DNA of 64,000 nucleotides from Candidatus Pacearchaeota archaeon (GCA_019659125.1 JAIFVX010000003.1:807-64806), one strand, 5' to 3'. Positions 52,917-62,745 are shown, counted from the stretch's first letter. Numbers and translations: made by a program. The notes: generated from the letters alone by a model not told the origin.

Positions 52917-53491
52917 CGGAGAATCCTAAATCCTCCAGCTGGCAATGCTGATAGCACTTCTTCTTGCGGATAGGGGGTATCAAGCTCCAATTCTATCTTG
53001 GCAGGCATGTCCTGCTTATTAATCCTTCCCGGAGAAAGCGCCAGCAGCTTACCTTTTTTCACGGTTGCTTCAGGAACTGCCCGTAGAACTCCCTTCTGTT
53101 TTATGAGTGCCAATTTTAAGGGAACTGAAACTTTTTTTACCGGTCCAAGGACTCCCCAGGTCCCTGACTTCATTGATGAATCTTTTGAAAGCTGGGAAAG
53201 GCGGAAGATGTGGATAATTGCTTCGTTCTTTCCTGCTCTCCAGGCCCTGCTAAAGCATCCTGTAAAAACCGCGCATTCCTCATACTCTTCCTGCTTTAAA
53301 GAGTCGACAGGTGCAACTATGGCACAAAAAGGGCTGCCTGGCTCTTTCGTATGCATGATGACATAATCCTTCTTTGTCGTTCGCAATCGTGAAAGAAGCT
53401 CATCATTCTGCGCTCCACTCTTTCCTCCAACGACAAGACTTCCTTGGGAGGTGAAGAACCAGCGATATTTCTGATAGTCCTTGAATTCCAT
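52913..53491 (-). CDS. NFACT-R/DUF814 domain protein (ribosome quality control-related family)
   Basis: GSLVVGGKSGAQNDELLSRL...DYVIMHTKEPGSPFCAIV resembles the DUF814 core. Confidence 0.55.
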   Translation of the reverse strand: MEFKDYQKYRWFFTSQGSLVVGGKSGAQNDELLSRLRTTKKDYVIMHTKEPGSPFCAIVAPVDSLKQEEYEECAVFTGCFSRAWRAGKNEAIIHIFRLSQLSKDSSMKSGTWGVLGPVKKVSVPLKLALIKQKGVLRAVPEATVKKGKLLALSPGRINKQDMPAKIELELDTPYPQEEVLSALPAGGFRILR

Positions 53492-53545
53492 AAATATGTA
53501 GATAAAGACAGGTTTTTAAGCGTTTGTAGGAAGGTTTCTTAGGTG

Positions 53546-54139
53546 CTAGAACAAGCCACCCTTAAGGATCTCTAACTTGAATGAGGTTGCCCCGATGATA
53601 TCTCCCGAAGCCTTATCCTGGACATCGACAAATACTTTCTGTGTACAACTGGCCGTGCCTTTAGGAACATTCACGTCTATGTTCGCAAGTGCAACAGAAA
53701 AGTCCTTGAGTGCATCAAACTGTAAGAATTGATCAAGACGGGTTTCAAACAATGCTTTTGTCTTGGCCACTCCCAGCTTGTTGGCGCTGATGCAGTTGCT
53801 TCCAGTAGCTTCCTCAAGCGAGAGCTTGTATTGCAATTGATCTCGTGCATTGATTCTGGCTCCATCAGGATTCCTCGCTCCTAGGCCAATCGTCAAACTG
53901 CTGTCAGGTCGCACCGTTGCAGTCCTATCCTTGCCTAGGTTGACAATGACATCATCACTATCATCAGTAAATAAGGAGGCAATTGCATTCTGGACCTTGC
54001 TTTGCAATACATCGACTGTTGCCGTCGTTCCTGTAAATATATTCTTAATGAGCACAAGACCGAGGATAAGCATTGACATTGCCAAGACAACAATAACGAT
54101 CGTACTTACAGAAAGCTCAATCGCTGCCTTTCTTCTCAT
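53546..54139 (-). CDS. Pilin-like protein (class III signal-like N-terminus)
   Basis: MRRKA|AIELSVSTIVIVVLAMSMLILGLVLI. Confidence 0.5.
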   Translation of the reverse strand: MRRKAAIELSVSTIVIVVLAMSMLILGLVLIKNIFTGTTATVDVLQSKVQNAIASLFTDDSDDVIVNLGKDRTATVRPDSSLTIGLGARNPDGARINARDQLQYKLSLEEATGSNCISANKLGVAKTKALFETRLDQFLQFDALKDFSVALANIDVNVPKGTASCTQKVFVDVQDKASGDIIGATSFKLEILKGGLF

Positions 54140-54414
54140 GGGCTATATCCTGCCTGAGAGAGAAAGTCTGGATGCTGTGCAAGATAATAGATACTTGCAA
54201 TGGCCAGCAAAGCGCTTAATACAATACCTATAATAGCAAGCACTCTTCCCGACTTTGACCATTGGTTGGAGGCATATTTCCTCTGCTTATTGGAGAATAC
54301 TAATGCAGTAATACCAAGCGCGAGACCTGCAAGGGGAGAACCCATGAACACGATGCTCATAATGCTGAGGACGACGCCTGCAACACCAAAACTATTGTCA
54401 GCCTCTTTCTTCAT
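54136..54414 (-). CDS. Small membrane protein (DUF4190-like)
   Basis: Two TM helices with a basic loop (SNKQRKYASNQWSKSGR). Confidence 0.4.
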   Translation of the reverse strand: MKKEADNSFGVAGVVLSIMSIVFMGSPLAGLALGITALVFSNKQRKYASNQWSKSGRVLAIIGIVLSALLAIASIYYLAQHPDFLSQAGYSP

Positions 54415-54463
54415 TGCCTATGCAGACAATCATATTTTATAAAGGTTATGCAATGATACACTC

Positions 54464-54712
54464 TTACTTTATCTTATTTTTCAATCGCTCTTCTTTGCCG
54501 ATCCTTCTCATCTCTTTTGCAAGCATGACTTCTGCGGGGAGCATGACGAGGATTCCCACAATCATAATTATCAGACCTATCATTCTTCCCAGATTGAAGT
54601 GTACTGCGAGAACGATGCCAAGGCCGACTCCAAAAACTATTTTAGAAAGAATATAATTCACCCCTAGACGCGGCGGAAGCTTCTTGACTGCCCGCCAGTA
54701 ATGTGCTAGCAT
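54464..54712 (-). CDS. Small membrane protein
   Basis: Two TM helices. ORF only. Confidence 0.35.
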   Translation of the reverse strand: MLAHYWRAVKKLPPRLGVNYILSKIVFGVGLGIVLAVHFNLGRMIGLIIMIVGILVMLPAEVMLAKEMRRIGKEERLKNKIK

Positions 54713-54744
54713 TGTTCATCTTGGTAACGAATGCTTAAAAATCT

Positions 54745-55581
54745 TTAGTGAGGCGCCCATGCGTACAATGCGCGTATCTCTGTCTCATTCAACGCTTTCC
54801 TAAAGATCATGACATCATCCATTGATCCTTTGAAGTAACTGTCTCCATCTGACGTTCCTAGATTAAGAGAGGCATTTCCTTTCTGCAGGTGAATTCCATA
54901 GTCGGTAAGCGGAGCAGAGTGCTTAAGAATCCCATTCTTCCATATTTCAACTGACGTGCCATTATACACTCCAGTAAGAAACATCCATTCATGGGGGGTG
55001 ATAGGCTCATCAAGGTCTCCACTTACGCCAAGCCCTCCTGAACGGTTAAATAAATAGAATGCAATCCTATTGTTCTTTCCCTCGGCATTTGAGCTATTGT
55101 ACTGCCTGAACATATATTCATAGTCATCGCCATTGCCTCCCTTTCCAAGGAAATGGACATAATTATTGCCACTTCCCTCACCGACAAAATTTGTCCTGTC
55201 AAATTTTATCCATAGTGCTACCGTGAATCCAGAGGCGGTTGCAGGGCTTAGAAGTTTAGAGTCGCGGATAGTAATCCGGTCATTCTTTCCATCGAACTCA
55301 AATGCCCCATCATGAAAGGGCCCTCCTGTTTCATTCCATAGTGCACTGATGACGGTGCCAGAATTCTTCTTTCCTGAAAAATCATAGGTCTTTGTAGGAT
55401 TGTAGAGTGTTTCGTTCTCAAACGGCATGAAGAGCACAAGAGCCTTGCTCAACCTTGGAGGGAAGGTAAGAGAATTTCCCGTGTTTGCAGAGAAAGGAAA
55501 ATAGTAGTAGAAAAGTATGTTTGCCATGATAAGCATTGCTACGCCAAGCGATGTGAACAAGAATAGCCTCTTAGATGCCAT
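54745..55581 (-). CDS. Membrane-anchored LamG (concanavalin A-like lectin) domain protein
   Basis: FDGKNDRITI ... FTVALWIKF ... WMFLTGVYNG..VEIWKNG ... FKGSMDDVMIFRKALNETEI. Confidence 0.65.
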   Translation of the reverse strand: MASKRLFLFTSLGVAMLIMANILFYYYFPFSANTGNSLTFPPRLSKALVLFMPFENETLYNPTKTYDFSGKKNSGTVISALWNETGGPFHDGAFEFDGKNDRITIRDSKLLSPATASGFTVALWIKFDRTNFVGEGSGNNYVHFLGKGGNGDDYEYMFRQYNSSNAEGKNNRIAFYLFNRSGGLGVSGDLDEPITPHEWMFLTGVYNGTSVEIWKNGILKHSAPLTDYGIHLQKGNASLNLGTSDGDSYFKGSMDDVMIFRKALNETEIRALYAWAPH

Positions 55582-55622
55582 AGAATACGCTTTTCATAAG
55601 ACAAGCGATTATTTATAACTTA

Positions 55623-55694
55623 TGGGAGCGGAGGGAGTCGAACCCCCGACACCACGAGCTTCAATCGTGTGCTCTCCCGCTGAGCTACGCTCCC
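55623..55694 (-). tRNA. tRNA-Phe (anticodon GAA)
   Basis: Hand-folded 72 nt: acceptor GGGAGCG/CGCTCCC, D arm GCTC-AGCGGGA-GAGC, anticodon stem CACGA/TCGTG with loop TTGAAGC, T arm GGGGG-TTCGACT-CCCTC. Confidence 0.85.
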
Positions 55695-55717
55695 GTATTG
55701 AAGCTACAAGTAGATGA

Positions 55718-55725
55718 CTTTTAAA
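55718..55725 (-). promoter_or_regulatory. TATA-like box for tRNA-Phe
   Basis: Minus-strand catttaaaag is centred ~27 nt upstream of the tRNA 5' end. Confidence 0.45.
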
Positions 55726-55730
55726 TGTTT

Positions 55731-56018
55731 TTAGAAGCAATTCCTGTCGTAAATGCAGTCGCCAAGAAATGACTCTGGATGGTCATCCCGAGGCCATTGA
55801 AGTATGTCATAGTACTCGTGAGTTTCTCGAGCAAGCCGAATATCGAGCTCAGTTATTTTTTTGGACAACATATGATTGAATTTTCCATCTACCATAATGT
55901 AAAACGCTGGTGTGCCTTCTTCAGGACAGCATCCACTATATACTCGCATTATTTCAGGGTTTTCCTCTGCAAATGTCCTCAATCTGTCTTCAAGATATAA
56001 CGAAGAAATTCCAGCCAT
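55731..56018 (-). CDS. Hypothetical protein
   Basis: ORF only. Confidence 0.35.
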   Translation of the reverse strand: MAGISSLYLEDRLRTFAEENPEIMRVYSGCCPEEGTPAFYIMVDGKFNHMLSKKITELDIRLARETHEYYDILQWPRDDHPESFLGDCIYDRNCF

Positions 56019-56039
56019 GTATGCTATAGTATATAATTC

Positions 56040-56420
56040 TTAATAAATGTTTTCAGAACGGGTATTTACCTTCGCGTGCCTTCTGGCTCGTGATTTGGAA
56101 TAATTAGATGAAAATGAATCTATAATGTTGCTTGCTTCCCTGCTAGGAGAGGTATAGTCTATAAACGTGTTCTCTTCTTGAGGTAGCTCAATGCCGCTCG
56201 CATATTTCCATGAACCTCTCAAGGACGTCAGAACCCTCTCAAGACTCAACTCAAGGTCATCACAATTCATTACCGTGAATATAAGTTCCCTATCCGGCGA
56301 TTGAAATCCTCCCTCTAGAAAATCATGTTCATATTCATTCCAAATATTCTGCGCTTTTCGAGGATTATCATACGACTGGAATTCATGAAAGTCCCAATCC
56401 TCTCGCAATTGTGATGACAT
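56040..56420 (-). CDS. Hypothetical protein
   Basis: ORF only. Confidence 0.35.
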   Translation of the reverse strand: MSSQLREDWDFHEFQSYDNPRKAQNIWNEYEHDFLEGGFQSPDRELIFTVMNCDDLELSLERVLTSLRGSWKYASGIELPQEENTFIDYTSPSREASNIIDSFSSNYSKSRARRHAKVNTRSENIY

Positions 56421-56458
56421 AGTAAGAATTGGATTTTACGATATTTAAAGCTTTTTGA

Positions 56459-56722
56459 TTAGATATCTGAAAGAATCAGGCGCTCAATGGTTACTTCTGG
56501 CACTTCTGGAATAAGGTTCAACCTTTTACCATCCGGATCTACAGAAACTAATCGAGTAGGATGATTGACATGCTTAACGGTATAGGTTGCATGATCCGCA
56601 GGGCTATTTATGGTATAGCTATCTCCTACTCTTGGAAGCTCTCCTTTTTTATCATCTATTTCTGCTCTTTGGCTATGGACTCCTGACTTGTTATTAATAA
56701 TAAATAGATCATATCTAACCAT
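56459..56722 (-). CDS. Hypothetical protein
   Basis: ORF only. Confidence 0.35.
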   Translation of the reverse strand: MVRYDLFIINNKSGVHSQRAEIDDKKGELPRVGDSYTINSPADHATYTVKHVNHPTRLVSVDPDGKRLNLIPEVPEVTIERLILSDI

Positions 56723-56735
56723 AAATGCATAGAAG

Positions 56736-57014
56736 TCATTTAATATTTAAGCATTTATATGATGATGTGAGTCGGGCGTAGGCCAGATTCTGTCGGATGT
56801 CGTAATCGAACCATCCGTGCTGACATCGGTCTATGCGAGCGGCGAGGGCTCTTGCATCAGCGAAGTCGCCCGTGTCAAGATCAGAGATCTTGAGCACCCC
56901 AAGATCGCCCTGAAGCGATCTTGACGTTTCATCATATCCTTCATCTCGTTGCTTCCTGCAAAGTTCATCGCTCAATGAAGGCTGTGTCGTTTCTGTTGCG
57001 GAGCTCTGCCTCAC
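56736..57014 (-). pseudogene. High-GC ORF fragment, possible remnant of a foreign gene
   Basis: 92-aa ORF with a GTG start inside a patch counting 57% GC (56761-56860). Upstream 57015-57150 has only short broken ORFs in other frames. Confidence 0.3.
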
Positions 57015-57332
57015 GACAGCCCATTTTCATGGGTCGCTACTTCCTGTTTCCAGGGATGTCCGGACCTTCCTCAGACGTAGAAATCATTACATTTCTCTCC
57101 AATTTAATGGAAACGCCCGTGATCAGCTGCCCGACTCATAAATGTAGATAGAATATGGCTTTTAAACTTATCCTATTTCTTAAAAAGTATATTTTATATA
57201 TTTAAACGACGTGATAGGTATATGTATTTTCTTTGTTGTCCAGAACACTGTATAGCGTTAGTAATGGTGTCAGTACCCATGGCAATCGCTTTCTATCAGG
57301 TTGTACAGATTCTCATGGAAAAGAGATAGATT

Positions 57333-57707
57333 TTATTCTACAATAATTTTTCCTTTAGTCATCCCCATGCTGCAGGTAAAGACATATGTCCCTGCTTTTT
57401 CAGGGGTAAACGTTAGAGTGTCTTCAGGAGTAGGAAGGTCTTTTGTGATTCCGAAGTCATTGATGATTATACCTCTACGACATCCGTTCACGCTTGAATC
57501 CAACGAAATGCTGACAGGTTGACCTGCTTTTACATGTATCTCTTTAGGAGCATAATTGTAATTTTTCTGACTCAACACAATCTTTTGTACATCTGCCGTG
57601 TTGGTTTTTACATTTTCTATAGGAGCCTTAGCGTGGGAAAACATGAGGAACCCTATAACAACAACGACTGCGGTGATTATTCCCATGACGAAGAACTTGT
57701 TTTCCAT
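57333..57707 (-). CDS. Membrane-anchored cupredoxin-like protein (Cys/Met variant), copy A
   Basis: N-terminal TM. KEIHVKAGQPVSISLDSSVNGC ... TFTPEKAGTYVFTCSMGMTKGKIIVE. Confidence 0.6.
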   Translation of the reverse strand: MENKFFVMGIITAVVVVIGFLMFSHAKAPIENVKTNTADVQKIVLSQKNYNYAPKEIHVKAGQPVSISLDSSVNGCRRGIIINDFGITKDLPTPEDTLTFTPEKAGTYVFTCSMGMTKGKIIVE

Positions 57708-57776
57708 TATGCCAAGGCCCCCGTTCGAGGACCATCCGTCATACCCATAATAAGACGATAATAAATATAAATGTTA

Positions 57777-58226
57777 CTATCTTCGATTTAACATCCACAA
57801 ACTTATCACGAGGATAACAATTGAGCCTACCTGTACTTCTATTCCATGAAAAGGCAAACTTGCAAAAGAAAATGAAACTCCCAATAGACCTAAAATAAGA
57901 GGTAGGAGACCGGTAACACATAATGGGCAAACACCTGCTGCTAAACCACCCAGAGTTCCAATGGTTGCAACAGTTCCTGCTTCTTTGCATTGTCTTCTTT
58001 GCTTATACTTGATATAGAGTAGTACTGCATTAGAAGAAACGAGCAATCCTATGATCAGCGATAGAATAAGAGAGACTATTAACTTAGACCAGAAAACAGA
58101 TTGTGCATTTGCTATAATGAGGGGAATCGTATTATAAAATCCACTAAAGAGGACTACAAGAATAAGATAAGCAAAAAAGATTAGGATGGTACTGAAGAGA
58201 TAAGGCTTTCTGAATAGAATCTTCAT
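57777..58226 (-). CDS. Membrane protein with an intramembrane CPLC motif
   Basis: 4 TM. TLGGLAAGVCPLCVTGLLPLILG. Confidence 0.45.
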   Translation of the reverse strand: MKILFRKPYLFSTILIFFAYLILVVLFSGFYNTIPLIIANAQSVFWSKLIVSLILSLIIGLLVSSNAVLLYIKYKQRRQCKEAGTVATIGTLGGLAAGVCPLCVTGLLPLILGLLGVSFSFASLPFHGIEVQVGSIVILVISLWMLNRR

Positions 58227-58609
58227 TCTACTACTATCGTTCCGTAACCCATGCCCATGCTACAAGCAAAACTGAAAGTACCTGCCTTTGTTGGTGTGAA
58301 GGTGATCTTATCGCTTGCAGTTTTAGCAAACTTTGAGACGCCAAGATCTTTTATCACAAATGATCGTAAACAACCTTGAACACTGCTATCCAAGGTAATT
58401 TCCACAGGCTGATTTGCTTTAACGGTTATTCGAGAGGGATAGTAATTCAGATTACGCTCACTCAGCGTTACTTGTTGCTTTTGACCCTGTAAAGAATTTG
58501 CATTATCAGTGATCACGTTTCCCGTAGGCGATTCCCCATTGATAAAAAATAACGCCCCCAGTATAACAACTGCAATAACAACCAACGCTAAAATGGTAGT
58601 GTTTTTCAT
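58223..58609 (-). CDS. Membrane-anchored cupredoxin-like protein (Cys/Met variant), copy B
   Basis: Paralog of copy A: SRITVKANQPVEITLDSSVQGC ... TFTPTKAGTFSFACSMGMGYGTIVVE. Confidence 0.6.
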   Translation of the reverse strand: MKNTTILALVVIAVVILGALFFINGESPTGNVITDNANSLQGQKQQVTLSERNLNYYPSRITVKANQPVEITLDSSVQGCLRSFVIKDLGVSKFAKTASDKITFTPTKAGTFSFACSMGMGYGTIVVE

Positions 58610-58638
58610 ATTTTCTTAATGTGCATTTCCTATTTAAA

Positions 58639-59325
58639 TTAACCGAAGACTCCGCTTCGTGGTCCAAAGACCATAAGGCATGTGGTGATTATGATTAAGA
58701 TAAATGTTAGGATGATTGAAAATAGGTGATTTTCATGTCTCTTCCGTTCCTCTCGCTTCATCTCTCCATAGATCATGTAATTTAAGGCAAAAAGGATACT
58801 AGCAGAGATACAGAAAACTATGACTGTGGCAATCTTGAGATGATCATTTAATAACATAAACGCAGTCATTGCACCCATAAGCCCTCCCATAAATCCGGCC
58901 ATGATTCCTTCCATAACTCCCATGACTCCACAGCACTTTCCATTCCAGACTCCTAGAATAATTCCAACAGCCATACCAAAGACAGATCCTACAAACATTC
59001 CATTAGTTGAAGCAACAAAAAAGCCTGGTAAGAAGCCTGCCACCATTCCAGTTGTCATACCAACCATCATACCACTCATGCAGGGCATTTCCATATATGC
59101 TCTTACTTGTCTAATAGTAGGAGCGATCAATCCATAACTTAAAGCTGCGAAAAATAGAAAGAATCCTTGTTTAGACATGAATCCTTCAATATATCTAAAT
59201 CGTGCAAAATAAAGAATACCCAGGACAATGAATGAAGTAAGAACGGAATAGATAAGCGTCTTTATCAATTCTCCTTCAACTCGTTCTTTTCTATTCAATT
59301 CCTTAACAAACTCTTTAACAGCCAT
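58639..59325 (-). CDS. Met/Gly-rich polytopic membrane protein
   Basis: MEMPCMSGMMVGMTTGMVAG ... GKCCGVMGVMEGIMAGFMGGLMGAM. Confidence 0.45.
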   Translation of the reverse strand: MAVKEFVKELNRKERVEGELIKTLIYSVLTSFIVLGILYFARFRYIEGFMSKQGFFLFFAALSYGLIAPTIRQVRAYMEMPCMSGMMVGMTTGMVAGFLPGFFVASTNGMFVGSVFGMAVGIILGVWNGKCCGVMGVMEGIMAGFMGGLMGAMTAFMLLNDHLKIATVIVFCISASILFALNYMIYGEMKREERKRHENHLFSIILTFILIIITTCLMVFGPRSGVFG

Positions 59326-59349
59326 AGTATAACAATCTTAAAATACTTT

Positions 59350-61317
59350 TTAAATCCTTATCCTCCTTAGTAAGTTAGCATTCGTTATTACACTGATAGA
59401 AGATAGAGCCATAGCCACCTCTGCGAAAATAGGATTAAGAATGCCTGCAATAGCGAGTGGAATCATAACAACATTGTATCCGAAGGCCCAAAACAAATTC
59501 TGCTTTATCTTTTTGAACGTGGCCTGACTTAAATTGAGCGCAGCTATTACACCTCTCAAAGACCCTCTCACCAACACTATGTCTCCTGCTTCGATAGCAA
59601 TGTCTGTTCCTGAACCCATGGCAATTCCTACATTACTCTGTTTCAATGCAGGTGCATCATTGATTCCATCTCCTACAAATGCAACCATTCCATATTTCTG
59701 AAGCTCCTCTACCTTCTTTGCCTTATCTTCTGGAAGGACATTTGCAATGACATTTTTGATTCCTACTTGGAAGGCTATTGCCCTGGCCGTTAGCTCATTA
59801 TCACCAGTGAGTATCACCGTCTTATACTTACGTTGATTCAATATATTAATGGCCTGAGCAGAATCCTCTTTGATTGCATCGGCGACTGCAATTATGCCTA
59901 GAGCCTTTTTGTTTTCGGCAACAATCATAACCGTCTTTCCTTGCGATTCAAATTCCTTAATGTTTTTATCGAAATCTTCATATTTTATGTTTTTGTCAGT
60001 CATTAGAGACCTATTTCCAATCACGACATCGTTGCTTCCTATTTTTCCTATAACTCCTTTTCCTCTCACAATGCTAAAATTAGTAACTTTCCCGTATTTC
60101 TTCACGTTTGCTTTAGAAACTATAGCATGAGCAATAGGATGCTCGCTTAATGTTTCAAGAGAAGCAGCAATATCCAAGAGGTAGTTTTCCTTGACTTTAG
60201 AATAAATATTGGTTACTTCAGGCTTTCCTTTAGTTATAGTTCCAGTTTTATCAAAAACGAATATCTTTACCTCCTTCATCGTTTGGATGGCCTCTCCCTT
60301 TCTTATGAGAATCCCGCGCTTAGATCCCATTCCAGATCCAACCATCAGTGCTATGGGAACTGCAAGACCAAGAGCACAAGGACAAGCAATCACTAATACA
60401 GATATCCCGATACCTAACGATCTATTTATGTCTCCCGTAAAATAAAACCATGCAATAAATGTTAGTACTGCAATAATAAGGATAGTAGGAACAAATATAC
60501 TTGTTACTTTATCAGCAAGTCTTTGTATTGGAATCTTAGTTCCTTGTGCTTCCTCAACAAGGTTGATAATGTGAGCTAGAAATGTATCGCTTCCTATTTT
60601 GGTTGCTTTTACATACAAAATCCCATCCTGGTTTAATGTTGCACCTATGACTGTGTTTCCTTTTCCTTTTTCCACAGGAAGAGACTCACCACTGATCATA
60701 GATTCATCAACAGCGCTTTCTCCACGAACAACAATTCCATCGGTAGGTATCTTTTCTCCAGGCTTAATGATCATGATATCACCAATCTTCAATTCAGAAA
60801 TATCAACCTCAGCTTCTTCTTTTCCTCGGAGAATGCGTGCTTTCTTAGCCCCTAATTCAAGAAGTTTCTTTATTTCCTGCGTTGCCTGACCTCGTGCTTT
60901 TGTCTCAATATATTTTCCTGTGACGAAAATAGCCATAATCATTGCAGAAACCCCAGAATAATCTCCATTCTTGAAAAAAATATGCGATAATCCGCTAAAA
61001 TAGGCAATAAGTGTTCCCAATGCAATCAAGGAGTCCATATTGAAGTAGAATGTAAAGAGTCCACGTAATCCTCCCTTGATGGTTTGCCAACCGGTAATAA
61101 AAATAACGGGAAATGCAAGAATGAGGATAATAATATGCATAACTATATCTGGAAATGGCTCAAAACCTAATAATCGTTCACCAAGCATAAGAAGTGCAAT
61201 AGGAATAGTAAATATCCAGGCCCACATCATCTTTCTCTTCCACCCTCGAATTTCCATTTCTTCGATGCTTGGCTCTTGCATCTTAGCATGGTCGTGTTCG
61301 CTCATCTTATGATCCAT
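59350..61317 (-). CDS. copA: Copper-translocating P1B-type ATPase (no fused HMA domain)
   Basis: ACPCALGLA (CPC), [15 protein letters not shown]. His/Met-rich N-terminus [15 protein letters not shown]. Confidence 0.9.
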   Translation of the reverse strand: MDHKMSEHDHAKMQEPSIEEMEIRGWKRKMMWAWIFTIPIALLMLGERLLGFEPFPDIVMHIIILILAFPVIFITGWQTIKGGLRGLFTFYFNMDSLIALGTLIAYFSGLSHIFFKNGDYSGVSAMIMAIFVTGKYIETKARGQATQEIKKLLELGAKKARILRGKEEAEVDISELKIGDIMIIKPGEKIPTDGIVVRGESAVDESMISGESLPVEKGKGNTVIGATLNQDGILYVKATKIGSDTFLAHIINLVEEAQGTKIPIQRLADKVTSIFVPTILIIAVLTFIAWFYFTGDINRSLGIGISVLVIACPCALGLAVPIALMVGSGMGSKRGILIRKGEAIQTMKEVKIFVFDKTGTITKGKPEVTNIYSKVKENYLLDIAASLETLSEHPIAHAIVSKANVKKYGKVTNFSIVRGKGVIGKIGSNDVVIGNRSLMTDKNIKYEDFDKNIKEFESQGKTVMIVAENKKALGIIAVADAIKEDSAQAINILNQRKYKTVILTGDNELTARAIAFQVGIKNVIANVLPEDKAKKVEELQKYGMVAFVGDGINDAPALKQSNVGIAMGSGTDIAIEAGDIVLVRGSLRGVIAALNLSQATFKKIKQNLFWAFGYNVVMIPLAIAGILNPIFAEVAMALSSISVITNANLLRRIRI

Positions 61318-61318
61318 A

Positions 61319-61534
61319 TTATTTTTCTATGCTTACAACGTGGTATCCTGCTCGTGCAACTGCTTTTTTTAAGTCATCTTCCTTGACATTATCCTCACAT
61401 TCAATAATGCTTTTACGTGTCATCAAGCTGACTGAGCAACTTTTGACTCCAGAAACTTTTCCAACACTTCTTTCAACGTTTGAAGCACAGCTTGCACAAT
61501 GCATTCCCTGGATAAGCACTTTAACTTTCTTCAT
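61319..61534 (-). CDS. copZ: Copper chaperone (HMA domain, CopZ-like)
   Basis: [12 protein letters not shown] (GMxCxxC). Stop lies 1 nt before the copA ATG. Confidence 0.85.
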   Translation of the reverse strand: MKKVKVLIQGMHCASCASNVERSVGKVSGVKSCSVSLMTRKSIIECEDNVKEDDLKKAVARAGYHVVSIEK

Positions 61535-61895
61535 GTTTTCCTTTCATTCCTCTAAGAATGTGAATACAATGATCTTCCATATGTTTCTCTATAATTTCCA
61601 TCATGGGCCTTATGGTGACAGTATTAAGCCGATAGTAGACAAACTTGCCCTCTCGTTCAGCTATGACAAATCCACAATCCTTCAGTCTTCTCAAGTCATG
61701 GCTGACTGCTGTCTGATCTCCTTTTAGTTCCCCTATAAGCTCTGATACATTCTTCTTGCCCTTTCTTAATACATTAATTATCTTCAATCGGGATTCAGAA
61801 ACAAGTGTGCCAAAGAAAATCCTATAGGCTCCATATAATTCTTCTACATTAAACCCTTCCTTATGACATTCATGTAATATGTCTTTGCTTATCAT
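61521..61895 (-). CDS. ArsR/SmtB family metalloregulator
   Basis: RLKIINVLRKGKKNVSELIGELKGDQTAVSHDLRRLKDCGFV. Start moved to MISKDIL (ATG 61895), ~30 nt downstream of minus-strand aaatatttatatag. Confidence 0.75.
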   Translation of the reverse strand: MISKDILHECHKEGFNVEELYGAYRIFFGTLVSESRLKIINVLRKGKKNVSELIGELKGDQTAVSHDLRRLKDCGFVIAEREGKFVYYRLNTVTIRPMMEIIEKHMEDHCIHILRGMKGKHEES

Positions 61896-61983
61896 ATGAT
61901 ATACTGATACATATATTCTATATAAATATTTCCTACAAGGTATACAAAGTCGCAGGTTTCCACCTGGCAACATTTAAATAGCC

Positions 61984-62388
61984 ATGTGGTCTGATGAAGG
62001 AATGAATTTGAGGAGTCGAAAGGTTGTGAGGACGGTTCAGATTGTTTTTGGACTTTTCCTTGTTTTTCTTGTTGTTAGCGGCTATTTCCAGCTTCTACCT
62101 CCTCCAACATTCAATGAAGCAGGAATGTCTTTCTTAGGCTCTTTGATGAATACAGGCTATCTGCTTCATGTCATGAATATTGTCTTTTTGCTAGCAGGAT
62201 TAATGTTCATATTTAATATGTGGTCTCCATTGGGTGCACTTTTACTAGCACCTATAACTTTGAACATTGCACTATTCCATATCTTCCTTGACTCTACTGG
62301 TTGGTGGATGGCACTCATCGAAGTCGTGTTGAACATCTATCTTCTGGTAATCCACTGGCACCGATACAAGCCAATTTTTCAGAAGTAA
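61984..62388 (+). CDS. Membrane protein (4 TM), unknown
   Basis: Hydrophobic ORF. Confidence 0.4.
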   Translation: MWSDEGMNLRSRKVVRTVQIVFGLFLVFLVVSGYFQLLPPPTFNEAGMSFLGSLMNTGYLLHVMNIVFLLAGLMFIFNMWSPLGALLLAPITLNIALFHIFLDSTGWWMALIEVVLNIYLLVIHWHRYKPIFQK

Positions 62389-62391
62389 GAA

Positions 62392-62745
62392 TTATTTTTT
62401 TGCGTCGTTATACTTAACTCGGGATTTAACCAGCTTTTTTATAAGTGAAATAGGAAGCTTCTTGTTCAGAGGAAAACGAACGGTTGCCTTGGCAGTCTCG
62501 TATTTTTTCAGTTCTTTCTTGTGGTCCTGGATGATTGGAGGAGGCACATACAGTCCGATATGATTCTTTGCATACGCAAAATACGCAAGCCTTCCCTTGT
62601 AGCCATAATATGGCATCCCATAACTCATCTTTTCTAAGGCCTTTGGAGCAGTTGTCTTTATGGCAGAACGCATTTGTTTAAGCTTTCCTTGTATATCTTT
62701 TGGGGCAGAAGCAATATAGGCATTCACACTTTTTGCTTTTTTCAT
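62392..62745 (-). CDS. DUF1801 (YdhG-like) protein
   Basis: Start moved to MKKAKSVNAYIASAPKDIQGKL (ATGA overlap with the upstream stop). ...YGMPYYGYKGRLAYFAYAKNHIGLY. Confidence 0.6.
   Translation of the reverse strand: MKKAKSVNAYIASAPKDIQGKLKQMRSAIKTTAPKALEKMSYGMPYYGYKGRLAYFAYAKNHIGLYVPPPIIQDHKKELKKYETAKATVRFPLNKKLPISLIKKLVKSRVKYNDAKK

Noticed and set aside
55623-61973. Integrated mobile element at tRNA-Phe covering the small ORFs and the copper cluster
   Set aside because: There is no integrase, transposase or conjugation gene, and I could not see a direct repeat of the tRNA 3' end by eye. I kept only a weak accessory-region note.
61973-61980. tttaaata just upstream of the 61984 gene as its TATA box
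   Set aside because: It is only ~7 nt from the ATG, which is too close for the ~25-nt spacing seen everywhere else. It is more likely coincidental, or related to the divergent ArsR promoter region.
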